From assembly GCA_951406725.2 (NCBI GenBank), contig OX597816.1:33046001-33110000 (forward strand): a DNA stretch of 64,000 nucleotides, in the 5' to 3' direction. Source of the stretch: Octopus vulgaris (taxonomy: Eukaryota). Under the pieces are notes generated by a model that ran no database searches, had not been told where the DNA came from, and saw nothing but the letters and a program-made list of their open reading frames with translations. Both the position numbers and the translations under genes were made by a program. The stretch's first letter is position 1. Every line of letters begins with the position of its first letter. Below are positions 1 to 12,364 of the stretch, one piece after another.

Positions 1-69
1 GAAGTATAATATGAAAAGGGCTTGAAAGTAGTAATGGAGGAATTGAAAATGAATGTATATTTATATATA

Positions 70-1444
70 CAAGCGGAGCTACCCGGCGTTGTTGCTCGGT
101 ATTAAAATAACATAGTTTGTATATAATATATTACAGTTATGTTGAAACAGTAGATATGGGAAAGTGCAGCATTAACAACAAGAAATTTGTTGAGTAAATG
201 ATGGTCAAATTCGACTAAGCAACATACTATGCGTCCGTCTAGAGTATTTCAAGCCGTAACCTGTCATGGAAAATTGGGAGTAGGGGATATGCGATATTTG
301 TACGCACTGAAAAGCTGTCAGTGGTTATACTCACTCTTGCAGCAGTCGGTGCTGTGTCTAACACAACCCCTCATCTGAAATGTTTGCCCCTCCTTCATGT
401 TTGTTGTCCTACATCACTCATAAATTAAATTTGGAGGAACTGTGGTTGCTCATTTATGGGTAACAAAGAGCCAATGGGGTGATAGACTTGCCCATGAACT
501 TTGACGTCGGATTAAATTCTTGTTTATTTATCTACTCAAAAGCATCAAACGATGTCATTTGAAATGCAGAGTTGTATTGTCTGATATTGTTCAGAAAATC
601 TTTTGACTGGAAGATGTGCCTTCTAGCAGATTGTGAAGACGCTGGTAGTGCTGGCAATGTTACCTAACCGTCTGAGCAGAACTTACCATTTGTTGAATTT
701 TGAAGCTCTACAGAAACGACAATTTGTGTTTAGCACACCAATTTGGACAGACTTACCATTTTTATAACAATGGGATGGATCATATCTGTAAACAGCTTCA
801 GGAGTTGTGAAGAACGAAATTGTACGTAGTCTGTTTCTGAGAGCTATTCTAGGGGACCTCTGTCTAATCATTATAACATTGATTTAATGATCCAGCATTA
901 AGTGTTGCAGCATGCAATTGCTGATCTTGGGAAAGTCCCACCTCTCTTCTCTATTGAGACTTCGTCTGACGTGTTGCAGCATACCTTTGCCGATCTGGAG
1001 AAAATCTCATCTCGCTTCTCCCTTCAGACACTCGCCTTTGGTTTTCTACACTCCTCCTCGCTTTATACTTGCTTCTGTAGAGATTACGTTTATCTTTAGT
1101 GGCATATTTTTTCAATAATTTAAACAAAAAAAAAATGAACATAGAAAGAAATTATACATTAATCTCTATTTTTACAAGCAGTTTTAAGTATGTAGAATGT
1201 TTTTACTTTTGTATGCAGTATAAATAAACCAAATAGAAGCACATGTATGAACTGTTAATTTAACGGTAAATTCTGAAATAGTGTAAAAGATAAGAGATTG
1301 TTTGAGCTCGCATTAGGCAAGAAGTTGAATTTTTGGGACCATGACACTCATGGACCCTAAGTAAGGCATGTGTAAAACATGAATGAAATCGGTTTTATAG
1401 TTCTCGAGTTTTAGGGATTCACACTGACAGCCTGACAGTCACAT

Positions 1445-1491
<47 letters not shown>
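70..1491 (-). mobile_element. Helitron, internally deleted derivative with decayed RepHel fragments
   Basis: Minus strand starts TC-TATATA (1491) and ends with an imperfect GC hairpin (81-100) plus CTTG|T (CTRR variant). Manual translation of about 430-870 gives IGVLNTNCRFCRASKF, DFLNNIRQYNSAFQMTSF and KVHGQVYHPIGSLLPINEQPQFLQI, typical of the RepHel N-terminus. A decayed YVAxSR helicase-like motif lies near 210-235. Confidence 0.9.
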
Positions 1492-1525
<34 letters not shown>

Positions 1526-1590
1526 TACACACACATGTATATGTGTATGTATGTATGCATGTATGTATATATATATATATATATATATAT

Positions 1591-2245
1591 AATACTACAA
1601 AATTAGAGAATGGAGAAACATACTTAAATCAGTAAAACATCAACTATCCGATGATACTCAATCCATACTTTAATACACCATTACATATGAGTAAAGGCAA
1701 TATATAAAATGAAATGAGATATACAGTAATAGTAAAAGTAAAAAGATAAAGAGATATAAGTAAAAAATTTCAAATATAATATGCAAATAAATCAAAACTG
1801 ACAGCTGTTTCGGCAGTGAGGACAGTCATACCTCATTTAACCTATAAGCCATAAAGGCAGGTATAAATGAGGCATTAACAAGGATGCCCCACGGCCTCTT
1901 CAGAGAATTAAATTAAATTTGTTATAATAGTGAAAAATATTATATAATCATATACATATAAATATAAAAATATAAAAATGTAAAATATAAAAACTTATAT
2001 ATCATAATGCTACACTTATATAATATAATACACATTTGTACAAAAAGGAAGGTAAACAGAACAATATAAAACAAAATATATAACAGTGTATATATTAATA
2101 TTAATAAGTACCGATATTATACATATTTGGCTAATAGTTTTTTTTATAAAAAAAAGGGCTAACACATATGGAGATGAAAAATAATAATTAAATCCGTGGT
2201 ACAGTTCATAAAATTCTAAAGCTATAAAAGTTAATAAAATTTACT

Positions 2246-2289
<44 letters not shown>

Positions 2290-2400
2290 TAATAATAATA
2301 AAAAAATACTAAAAATAGATACAGTTAAGTTAGCACCAAGTCCATCCTTTCAAGATCGAAATAACTATGAGTTAAGAAATGCTGACCACTAGGTAAAGAA

Positions 2401-2405
<5 letters not shown>
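1591..2405 (-). mobile_element. Probable Penelope-like element terminal region carrying a hammerhead motif
   Basis: Bounded by (TA)n tracts. Minus strand contains CTGAAGA-stem-GAAA-CAGCTG-TC (1800-1902). Outer boundary uncertain. Confidence 0.5.
1798..1904 (-). ncRNA. Type I hammerhead ribozyme motif with extended stem II
   Basis: Minus strand reads CT-CTGAAGA-GGC...GCC-GAAA-CAGCTG-TC-AG. Inner 12-bp hairpin 1828-1839/1864-1875 and palindromic helix III. Stem I is short. Confidence 0.65.
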
Positions 2406-2449
<44 letters not shown>

Positions 2450-2509
2450 GCATACACACATATATTTATATATGTACGGATTTAAGCATGCTGGCATGTG
2501 TATTACTTT

Positions 2510-2697
2510 GTGCCTGGCTTTGTCCACCACCAGTGTTAGTTCGTTTACGTCCAATTTAAAGAGGTTCTATAAAAGAGAATGAGTACTAGGCAATAACAAG
2601 TAATTAAGTTCTAAGTTGATTCGTTCGATTATAATTTTCAAGGAGTCCCAGCAAAGCCGCGGTCTAATCACTTAAGCAAGTAGAAGATTGAAGAATA
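2510..2697 (+). mobile_element. Diverged 3' half of CORE-type tRNA SINE (family A)
   Basis: Decayed match to the GTTTACGTCC...AGTACTAGGC...CCAGCA..GCCGC.GTC...CAAGTA.AAGA tail of the full-length copies. Confidence 0.6.
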
Positions 2698-2939
2698 GAT
2701 ATATGTATATGCAGGTATCTATGTAAGCATGTATGTATGTACGTACGTATATACGTACATAATCACATGCATACATATGCTATATACGTATGTATATATG
2801 CATGCATATATATAAATACATATATACTCATGTATATATAATTGTATACAAACATGTATATATACATGTATACATGCATGTATATGTACATATGTGTATA
2901 TACATGCATATATACATGTAAACATATGTATGTATATAA

Positions 2940-3250
2940 AGGAGCACACCGTCGGTTACGACGGCGAGTGCCACAGCTGATACGACCAACGTAACAGCTT
3001 GCTCGTGAAATTAACATTCAAGTGGCTGAGCACTCCACAGACACGTGTACCCCTAACAGAGTTCTCAGGAAGATTCAACGTGACACAGAGTCCTTTGACA
3101 TAGAGGTACAACTCATTTTTTGCCAACTGAGTGGACTGGAGCAACGTGAAAGAAAGTGCCTTGCTCAAGGACCAACTTATCGCCTGGAATCGAACTCACG
3201 ATCTTTCAATCGTGAGCCGAATGCCCTAACCACTAAACCTCGCGACTTCA
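2940..3250 (-). mobile_element. tRNA-derived SINE (family B, tail type 1)
   Basis: Minus strand has A-box-like GGTTTAGTGG, B-box GTTCGATTCC and CORE-like CCTTGAGCAAGGCACTT. Head and body are shared with 5363-5702. Confidence 0.85.
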
Positions 3251-4278
3251 TGTACATATATATATATACATGTATATGTATTTGTGCGTATGTTTATCTA
3301 GGGAACTCTTAGAACCTAAGGTTACGTAACCAATACTCTTAATCCTGTGAAACCAGTGTCCTATTATTATTATCATTTCAATAATTATTACTAACACATG
3401 ATTACATCGAAACACTGGAAAAGTTCAGCGTCGAGTACCTATTCTGATATTTGATTTGTTTTAATTTAAGTGACCATGTATGTGTGAAAGGAAAATAAAC
3501 GACACATGTGAGCTTTGAACACAGTGTATAAAGCGACAAGATATTGTATCCATTCCTTTTAACTATATCTACCTTCTCTTGTGTAATTCGCGTTGTTTTC
3601 TTATGCACGTGATGTTATCTGCTTTGAACCATCATTCCTTCCTGCCCCCATAGAGTTTATATAACACATTTATGGATTTCTATTGCTGACCAAATAAAGA
3701 ATCTTCAAACAGTAAGTTGTCAAGCAACCTGCAGGAATCTGCTGGGATACTGTAGATTAGCCACATTAATGTGTTGATTTATGTATTTTCCTGCAATTTA
3801 AAGATGTTCTCAAAGCTACATCCGTGGGATGCAGTAGCGGAGAATGAAGTTTATTTTGGTAAATGATGTATAATACTCTTATCTGCTTACTTCGTTGCAG
3901 AAATAACACACATGTTTTCTTATGGAAAACGATAAAAGCGTTGTAATAGCCGATTGGTTAATGTACAAATCTGAACAGGATATATAGATTCTACCTCTCG
4001 GCCAAAAGTTATATATCTGTTCAAAGTAAAATCAATGTCAGAACTCTGAAAATTTTACTTGTAAATCGGTAAATACTGAAGCAACTTTTATCATAATTTG
4101 AACAAAGAATAATGACCAATACTAAAACTTAAATTGATTTAAACCTAACACATGTACCTAAAGACGTTCTACTATTGAATTGAAAGTGCTTTCACCGCAG
4201 TATATGCATTTTTATAAACCGAGGCACACCAGAATGCAATTTGTTTGAATAATGTATTCAATAAATAAATAAATGTAA

Positions 4279-4442
4279 GCGCAGGAGTGGCTATGTGGTA
4301 AGTAGCTTGCTTACCACTCACATGGTTCCGGGTTCAGTCCCACTGCGTAGCACCTTGGGCAAGTGTATTCTACTATAGCCTCGGGCCGATCAAAGCCTTG
4401 TAAGTGGAGTTGGTAGACGGAAACTGAAAGAAGCCAATCGTA

Positions 4443-4514
<72 letters not shown>

Positions 4515-4740
4515 CGTGTATATGTTTGTGTGTCTCTGTTGGTTCCCCCCACCCAACTTCAACTGACAACCGGTGCTGGTGTGTTTAAGTCCCAGTAACT
4601 TAGCGGTTCGGCAAAAGATATCGATAGAATAAGTACAAAGCTTACAAATAATAAGTCCTGGTGTCGATTTGCTCGGCTAAAAGCGGTGCTCCGGCATGGC
4701 CATGGTTAAATTACTGAAACAAGTAATAGAGTATAAGAGT
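4279..4740 (+). mobile_element. CORE-type tRNA SINE (family A), full length
   Basis: GCGCAGGAGTGGCT head, GGTTCAGTCCC B-box-like motif, CCTTGGGCAAGT CORE motif, internal (TA)n/(TG)n and GTAAAAGA-type tail. Eight near-full-length copies occur in the window. Confidence 0.93.
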
Positions 4741-5059
4741 AGTGGAACGAGAGACGTCATAATTTGTGAGAAAGCTTTTCTACATGTATATATCAGTGCG
4801 TGTGTATGTATGTGTGTGCGCGCTTATTGATTGTCTGTGGGAGGTGCGTGTACGTTTGTGTTTATTGAGGTAAATATTCTACATTCGGATACCAGCCTTC
4901 ACACCAACATTCATGTTTCAAACTAGGGTCTCTCTGACAGAAATTTGGAAATGAATAACACTTCTTTATGCAACAGATATACAATACATCTACAAATAAC
5001 ACAGAATATCAAGACAAGGTGACACAAAAATACTACTACTCACACCTAAATGTATACGA

Positions 5060-5106
<47 letters not shown>

Positions 5107-5108
5107 GT

Positions 5109-5140
<32 letters not shown>

Positions 5141-5194
5141 TAGACATACAGACAGAAAGAGAGAGAGAAATATATGATTAGCTTTTTTTGTTTT

Positions 5195-5324
5195 TCCCTA
5201 CGAAATTCATTCGCAAGTCCTTGGTCGGCCAGGTTTCGAGAAGAAGCTGCTACGCAATGTCTCTGAACACGAAATCATTTGGTTCGGAATGAAACATCTA
5301 AACCACACAACTATGCATGCGCCT
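5195..5324 (-). mobile_element. Diverged 5' half of family A SINE
   Basis: Decayed reverse-complement match to the family A head (AACCACACAACTATGCATGCGCCT; CCTTGGTCGGCC). Confidence 0.6.
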
Positions 5325-5362
5325 GAAGCATTAATATGTATGCATGTATGTATGTATGTATG

Positions 5363-5702
5363 TGAAGGTGCATGGCTCAGTGGTTAGATCGTGGTTAGAG
5401 CTTACGATCGTGAGGTTGTGAGCTCGAATCCCGGACCGGGCTGTGTGTTGTGTTCTTGAGCAAGACACTTTATTTCATGTTGCTCCAGTTCACTCAGCTG
5501 TAGAAATGAGTTGCGACGTCACGGGTGCCAAGCTGTATCGGCTTTTGCCTTTCCCTTGGATAACACTTGTGGCGTGGAGAGGGGGGCCGGTATGCATGGG
5601 CGACTGCTGGTCTTCCATAAACCACCTTGCCCAGACTTGTAACTAGGAGGGTAACTTTCTAGGTGCAATCCCATGGTCAGTGTCGTGACCGAAGGGGGTC
5701 CC
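5363..5702 (+). mobile_element. tRNA-derived SINE (family B, tail type 2)
   Basis: TGGCTCAGTGG A-box, GCTCGAATCCC B-box-like motif and TTCTTGAGCAAGACACTT core. The tail end recurs inverted at 46117-46156. Confidence 0.87.
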
Positions 5703-6234
5703 TCCGATGTATGACTCTATGTATGCAGCGGACGAACTACAGTTTTTGCGGCTATGATTCTTGACTTGTTATTAGGTCCCTTCATAGAATGAATCACATC
5801 TCTATACAAGAAGTCCTGCAATACTTTGTCTTCCGGGAAATGATCTTGAGGTCCGAAAGACAGTGAACCATGCACTGAAGTGAAGTCCTTTCTTATGAAG
5901 CCATACACTGAACTCTTCCCTGCCAGCAATGAGCTCCGGGTAACCACTTCTCTAGTGAGTCATGTTCCATGACATATCACTGCAAATTTAGAATAAACTT
6001 AATCAGAAGGACCTATTTTTTATTCATTGCTGTACAGGATAATCTCACATGATAAGATTACTGATGAGATTAAGAAATTCATCTAATATGGTTTTCAGGC
6101 TGGTATGTATATTATTTATATACATGCATGTTCCATACTAGACTTTTGAAATACAACACCGCAAATATAGGACTTAATAGGTTTCATTTTAAGCAGATAC
6201 ATGAATACATATTATATGAATCCCATTATACAAA

Positions 6235-7790
6235 ACGTACTTTCTTTTTACAGCAGCTTATTCACGGAAAAACTTGGTAAAATGCCAGCTTCCGTGCAAC
6301 ATCATTCTCTAGATATTATAAAGATAAACGATTTACGTGTTCTTCACTCATTTTAGACCGAAATTTATTCTTTATAAACGATCGTTTTGAGAAATTCCCT
6401 TTTGCTTTACAGATCATGACAAATTATTCTCAAATTGAGCTTAAGTATACTAGTAATATGAAGAAACATCTCACTTAGCATTTCTTCGGAAATCGTAATT
6501 TCTGTGTATTCCATTTTGAAAGTCATGTTTATGTGTTTAGGACTACCCGAGATGCAAGTATTCTCTGATCTCATAACGTTCACTTATTCATTCGTGGTCA
6601 ATATCAAATTTATAAGATAGTATAAATTTAAATACTGACCGCATCAGTTTCAGAATTATTCACCACTTCTGAGAGTAATTGAAACTTTCCACAATCTACT
6701 GATAAGGTTTAATCCTCTTATGTAATTGTTATCGATCAGCTGCTTTAAGGCGTCTGTTCTAAAGCTATCAGTTCCTCTCAAACAAGTACTACGACTTGTG
6801 ACAGAGTGATTGAAAACAGAGCATCAGAATAACTTCCGAGTCTACTTAATTTTTTCGGAGATATTGAGGAAAAGACAGTAAATTCGGCAGCACAAAGAGA
6901 TCTTCAAGTATATCAAAACCCCAGCGTTGAAGCGTATTACCTGTTTTTCTTAAAATGTTCCAAATAACTATTGAAATATGCAAATTCCTACTTTACCACT
7001 TTGTTGGGTAACATTTTAAATTTCTTTACATTCACGTTTCTACTCTGAATTTTCGAAAATATGAGAGATTGTTTAATAAAATAATTTCCATTTTGAACTG
7101 TTCTAATACACATAAAAAGCAGATACTCTAGTTGTAACTTAAGGCATTAAAAGAAAAGTCTACATTTCATTGAGTGGTTAAAATACCCCATCTTCGTGGT
7201 ACTCTCATAAACAAAACTTACAGCTCCTCTTAAAAGGCAAAGTATTTGACAATTTCAAGTATAGCTGTGACTGCATTTCTCCAAAAGGTTGCGTTTAGAA
7301 CTGCACGTGGATGCATAGCTTTCATAAATGCATAGCTTTCATAATGTTCTTAATGAATGCTGGTAGATTTTTCTCTAACTCCTGTACTTTAGATAAATTT
7401 TCGAAAGATTGACCACGGTTATCACCAACTTGAAAGCTTCTGTTCCAAGACCGTTTTATTTTTGCTTAAAGTCATGGATGGGTGGTTTTGTGTCGACAAA
7501 ATTGATACAAACTTCTTTCAGATTTTTCTCTCGACACAATACTGAACTACAATCACCAGCTGGTTTCCCCTATATTTTTGTCAATTTTTACACTGTTCTG
7601 GGGACATGGGTAGTGCTTACATTTTCATTCTTCCATTTCTCGCGATGTTCATGTAAAATGGATCGAACTCCATACTCTATGTAGGTGCACCCCAAAATGT
7701 CTATTATTTACTGAGTCCCACTTCAATTTAAATTAAAAACATCATTACACCTGCAACTCTTATCAACACATCAACTGTACGCTACGTTTT
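6235..7790 (-). pseudogene. Decayed hAT-superfamily transposase (Tip100/ZMYM1-like)
   Basis: Manual minus-strand translation gives NQLVIVVQYCV, DNRGQSFEN (cf. CRGQxYDN), MHPRA and a C-terminal dimerisation-like stretch NFSKRSFIKNKFRSKMSEEHVNRLSL*YLEND. Many stops and frameshifts. Confidence 0.8.
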
Positions 7791-7899
7791 CTCTCATCTG
7801 TTATTCAAGTTCCTGATTCAGAGTGTTTCTATTTGTTTTGTTTATTTTGTTTTTGTTTTGTTTTTTTTTTTGGCTAACCAACACAACACTGTCCTCCAC

Positions 7900-8070
7900 A
7901 ACAACAACAACAGAAACATCGAAAAAAATACCTTAGTAATGAGAACCCAGGTTCAAAATTTCTGCAAGACACCGGATGAAGGCTGGAGAGTATATCAGCT
8001 GAAACATTGTGTTAACAACAAAAAACATGAGGACAAATATCCGTCAAATGTAAATAATGTAAATAATGTA
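7900..8070 (+). mobile_element. 5'-truncated copy of the hammerhead-bearing SINE (family H)
   Basis: Aligns by eye with 13593-13756. Reads GACAC-CGGATGA-A-GGCTG...CAGCT-GAAA-CATT-GTGTT, with an (AATGTAAAT)n tail. Confidence 0.85.
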
Positions 8071-9005
8071 GTATTTCATGGTAGTTTAGCCATCTTACAC
8101 TTGTATTTATTTATCATTATTTGAGAAACATCTCTTTGGTTCCTTGTAAACCCTACTATATTCAGTATATACATCATGTGTGGCTCTTTTTCTCATTTTA
8201 AAATATCGATTTCTTACATTAAACATTACATTATGAAACAATTTTCAACTGTTATATGGCAGTCTGTGAGGTTACCGTACTCTTTTGAAATAACTGAAGT
8301 GATTTTATTGTTTTTTTTTACTTATTATCATATTGCGGCTCTGTTTGATTTTGTACTAAGGTACTTTCATGTTGAACAATGTGATCTTCATGAATAAGCA
8401 AAGTGTCAACAGTGGTGGACGAATGCTAGAGAGAGCTCCCCCACCCTATTCATGCTCTATCACTAGCTTCATTAATGCTTGGTTGGCTTCTTTCATCTAT
8501 AGTTTCATCTATGTATATAAACTTGACATTAAAGAGTGACTTCATAGTTTTCAATGTTTATACATTTTATCACATCGATACTCCTGGAATTTGCTTTTTT
8601 TGATATCCTCTTATGCCTTTTCGTGAAGTAATAGTCAATTCTACTGGGTCTTAACCCTTCTTAATAAACAGAAACAATATTCATCACCGAACGAGAACAG
8701 GGATTGATTGGAGTGGGTGAATAAAAGCGAATCACGCGTAGGATTCATTTAGTGGAGCTTACAGTTCAAGGATCAGATTCAAACTATGAATCAGTGAAGT
8801 AATAAAAATATTAAAATATTAAAGAAAACGCTCACGATGCTATTCTCTTGGAGCTAATTGTATTATGGCCATCGGTTCTTAAATTTGGTTTGTGCAAGTT
8901 GTTTAAATAAAATATTTAATAAAATAATTCATGTTTCATATGTCAGATATTTTGTTCGCCACAAGTAGGATTATCTATGCAATTATACACAAGGTAGGTG
9001 ATTGC

Positions 9006-9265
9006 AAGCCATTCGATTCACTTCAACATTTAAGTTTAATTTGTCAAAATATTTTCGTCACCAGCACGGATTTTTGTCAGTGACCAGGTCGCGGTCTTAA
9101 AGCGACGAAAATATTTTGACAAATTAAACTTAAATGTTGAAGTGAATCGAACGGCTTTTGTGTGTTTCTTAAATGGCTTACAAACACCTTCCACGCTGCA
9201 ATTGTTTTCGTTTCAGCACACGATCTCAGATAAAATCACTTGCTATGCAAGTACATCTCCGTAAT
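9006..9265 (+). mobile_element. Repeat with 54-bp inverted arms, probably an inverted Penelope-type terminal repeat
   Basis: 9006-9059 and 9104-9157 are reverse complements with one mismatch. A hammerhead-like fold spans 9073-9123. Confidence 0.65.
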
Positions 9266-10071
9266 ATACCCAAGGTAATTGGTATTAATTAAAACCAATG
9301 CGAGAATATAAACGTGCCGTAGTGGCTAAATGCAATAAAAATACACTCTGCAATGTGTTAAGATATTAGTTACGATAAATTCTAGCTTCATAGATTGGAG
9401 GTGGCACGTCACTCATTTTATATATTTCTGTATTTCTCTGAACAGTCTACATAAATTTAGAGATTCGAAACTTCATCTCATGTTTAACACCACGTATTGG
9501 TGTTATGAATGCCGGCCCGTTGTCAGATACTACTACTAGTGAGTAGTCTTGAAGACTTTCTCTAATTCATCACAATTAAAAAAAGGACTTTCAATATAAG
9601 TACACCATCGTAAAGTAAATGTTTTTAAGAACTTATGCGGTTTGAACATATCAACATTTTATAAAAATGTATTTGAATTATTAACAATTGACAGACATTA
9701 AATGGAAAAAAAGCGTAAAAATGAAAGAAATATTTTAAAACTAAAATTAGAAAAAATATTTAGCATTGAAATAAATAAAGGTTAAGCTCAAACAATATAC
9801 AATGAAAATACATTGAATAACATTAAAGAATTACTAAAAGAGACGTAGCTAAAACAAAGACTGTTCAGTGACTTTTCTTATACACATGACCTCAGTTGCA
9901 AAAATATGTCTGACAATTTTATAAAATATGAATGAATCTTACCGTTTGCGTTAGTCAAGGGAAAATTATAAATTCAAAGATACTGTGCTTTTAGTATGAC
10001 AATATATGTATGCATTTTATCTGTTTGTGTGCGTAAAGGTGGGTGTATGTATGCATGTAAAGATGTATTTA

Positions 10072-10428
10072 TCTCTTATGTAAAATCCGTTCTGGCTGTC
10101 TCTCTGTGTGTATGTATTCTCAGATCTCGGGCATCCTCCATCCAATTGCGCTCAAATTTGATATGCAGATACCGACGGTATCAGGGCGTGTATAAGTCTT
10201 GAAAACATTACAAAAATTGATTCCATGTGAGAATGCGATTGATAAAGCCGTGAGAACGTGCATTTGCAGGCATCATTTCTGTCCTGCTTTTCTTCCGTCA
10301 ACGTGTACATAACTGCACTTTCCATTTTTTGTTGTTTTTGTACTGCATAAAGGCACGTTTCTTTCCTGCGAAGCTTACTGTTTAAACCATGTTTGTGTTC
10401 TCCCAGTCAACAGCCTTATCATTACTGG
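10072..10428 (+). mobile_element. Short non-autonomous Helitron-like element
   Basis: A|TC 5' end followed by a CTGT/TG-rich tract, CTGG|T 3' end (CTRR) and an AT insertion site. The 3' hairpin is decayed. Confidence 0.5.
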
Positions 10429-11777
10429 TACTTTAAACTCTTCGGTTGCATATTTGTGCGAATAGGATCGTTTTTTGTTTTTTTTGGAATAGAAAAAAGT
10501 CAATCTTTATTTATTCTTTTGCTGGTGTCTCAAATTTAGGTTAAATCAGTGTTTCTCAAAGTGGAAGCCTATGGGACGGTCGGACAAGTTGTTTTGAGAA
10601 AATTAGGTTTAAGTGTTTGACAACTCAGCACCGTCCATTAAATGGGGGCGTTTTGCTCGTATATAAAAAAGAGAGATAATGGGGGATATGAAGAAGAGAG
10701 AAGTTAACATTCCTGTTGTTCGATTTCCACATAGTTTCTGATTTATTTTTGTTTTGGTCATTATTATTATTGTTCTGCATGCTTTTATCCAGTGCGAAGC
10801 ATAGTTGACTCTCACATAATGTTCCTAGGTAATTTTACTTCTATAATTTGGATATATTTTATGCATTTTATTTATTTATTTATTTATTCGTTGTTCTTGT
10901 CATACGAAAAACCAAACTTGGTGTTTCACAGCACCGTATGCGATGAAGTCAGCTTTTGAGAACTCTCCACTTGCATGGACCAGTTGACTTGGTTTAAGTA
11001 TATATAGGTCAATATATATTTGTATGCATACCATTCTTTAAACTAAGATCTTAAGAGTATACTGTATGTTCTTGTGTATATTGTAAGACAGACGCCCGAA
11101 CACAATTCATTAATGTTGTCTTTACATCCCAACAAACATACTCAGTTTTGAGATATCAATGCATTTTGATCATGTGTTTTCAGCTGTCCGAACAACTGAA
11201 GTGTTATAATCATTCATTTAGCATGCAAATGGTGGAGTATTCCATATACGTGTCTAACATTCATGTAATTGCCCGATGGATAAAACGTAATAACATTTGT
11301 CACGTCTGGAGTTTTGAATTACAAGAGCAATCAATGAGATGGTCTTCTACACATTGTAAAGTTTGACGAGGTCATAGAAAGACAATTTGACCAAGATGGA
11401 ACACAGTGCGATTGAAATGTATAACCCGTGGCTGCAAAGCAGATGTTTTGACTTTTCAGTCATACTGCTTTTACATGAGAGATTCGCATAGTTTGCCAAA
11501 ACCGTTATAACCAAACAACATAAAACAAATAAGTATACTATGTATCAGTTCAATATATGGTTGGGTTAAAAACAGATGCTTGGTACTTTCTATACATATA
11601 TTGCGAGTTTCTGACACTACGATTATCATGTCGATCACGACCCAAGTTGCCAATGTATGGTAAAATATCTTGATTACCGTCTGTGTGGAATATATTTCGT
11701 TCACGTCTTTCCTTGCACAAGACAGCTAATTATCCTATCCAAGACATAGCAATAATTTTCTTGTTCCTGTTTGTTTG

Positions 11778-12032
11778 TGTTGCTAAGGTTGCAATTACTC
11801 AGGTCTTCTACCATTCCTGGACGAGCAAGTGTATAGTCAAAGACAGTACAACAGGGGACATCGAATTTGCATATGTATATATATATATATATATATATGT
11901 AGGTATAAATACACACATATATGCTTAATACATACATATGCAAATTCGATGGCCCCTGTTGTACTGTCTTTGACTATACACTTGCTCGTCCAGGAATGGT
12001 AGAAGACCTGAGTAATTGCAACCTTAGCAACA
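11778..12032. repeat. 101-bp near-perfect inverted repeat with a 53-bp TA-rich spacer
   Basis: Arms 11778-11878 and 11932-12032 have one mismatch. The identical peptide VAKVAITQVFYHSW... appears in both + and - ORFs. Confidence 0.95.
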
Positions 12033-12046
12033 TATATATATATATA

Positions 12047-12302
12047 GTTAATCCAAACGTGAAAACACAAAGAGAAAACACAAAAACGCAAGGACGTGGA
12101 ACAAGTATAGTATTATTGGACGCTCAGGAAAGAAGGAAAGAAGGAGGATTTAACGTTTCGAGCGGAGCTCTCCGTCAGAAACATAGGAAAAGGAAAGATC
12201 CAAAGAATGGAAGACGGAGGAAAAAAATCGCGGTCACATTTTGAATGACCGGAAGGAAATGAGTGAAGAAAAGTTATTTCAAAGACAGGAGAGTGCAAGA
12301 GG

Positions 12303-12305
<3 letters not shown>
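12047..12305 (-). mobile_element. Penelope-like terminal repeat with minimal hammerhead (family P1)
   Basis: Reverse-complement match to 49141-49347. Minus strand reads GTTT-CTGACGG-A-GAGC-TCC-GCTC-GAAA-CGTT-AAA. Flanked by (TA)n on both sides. Confidence 0.8.

Positions 12306-12364
<59 letters not shown>

Noticed and set aside
5717-5947. 76-aa minus-strand ORF with ordinary composition, as a possible exon
   Set aside because: The upstream acceptor leads into stops in all frames. The segment lies just 3' of the hAT remnant and has repeated GGTCC/AGTCC motifs, so it is more likely a hAT subterminal region. No matching TIR was confirmed.
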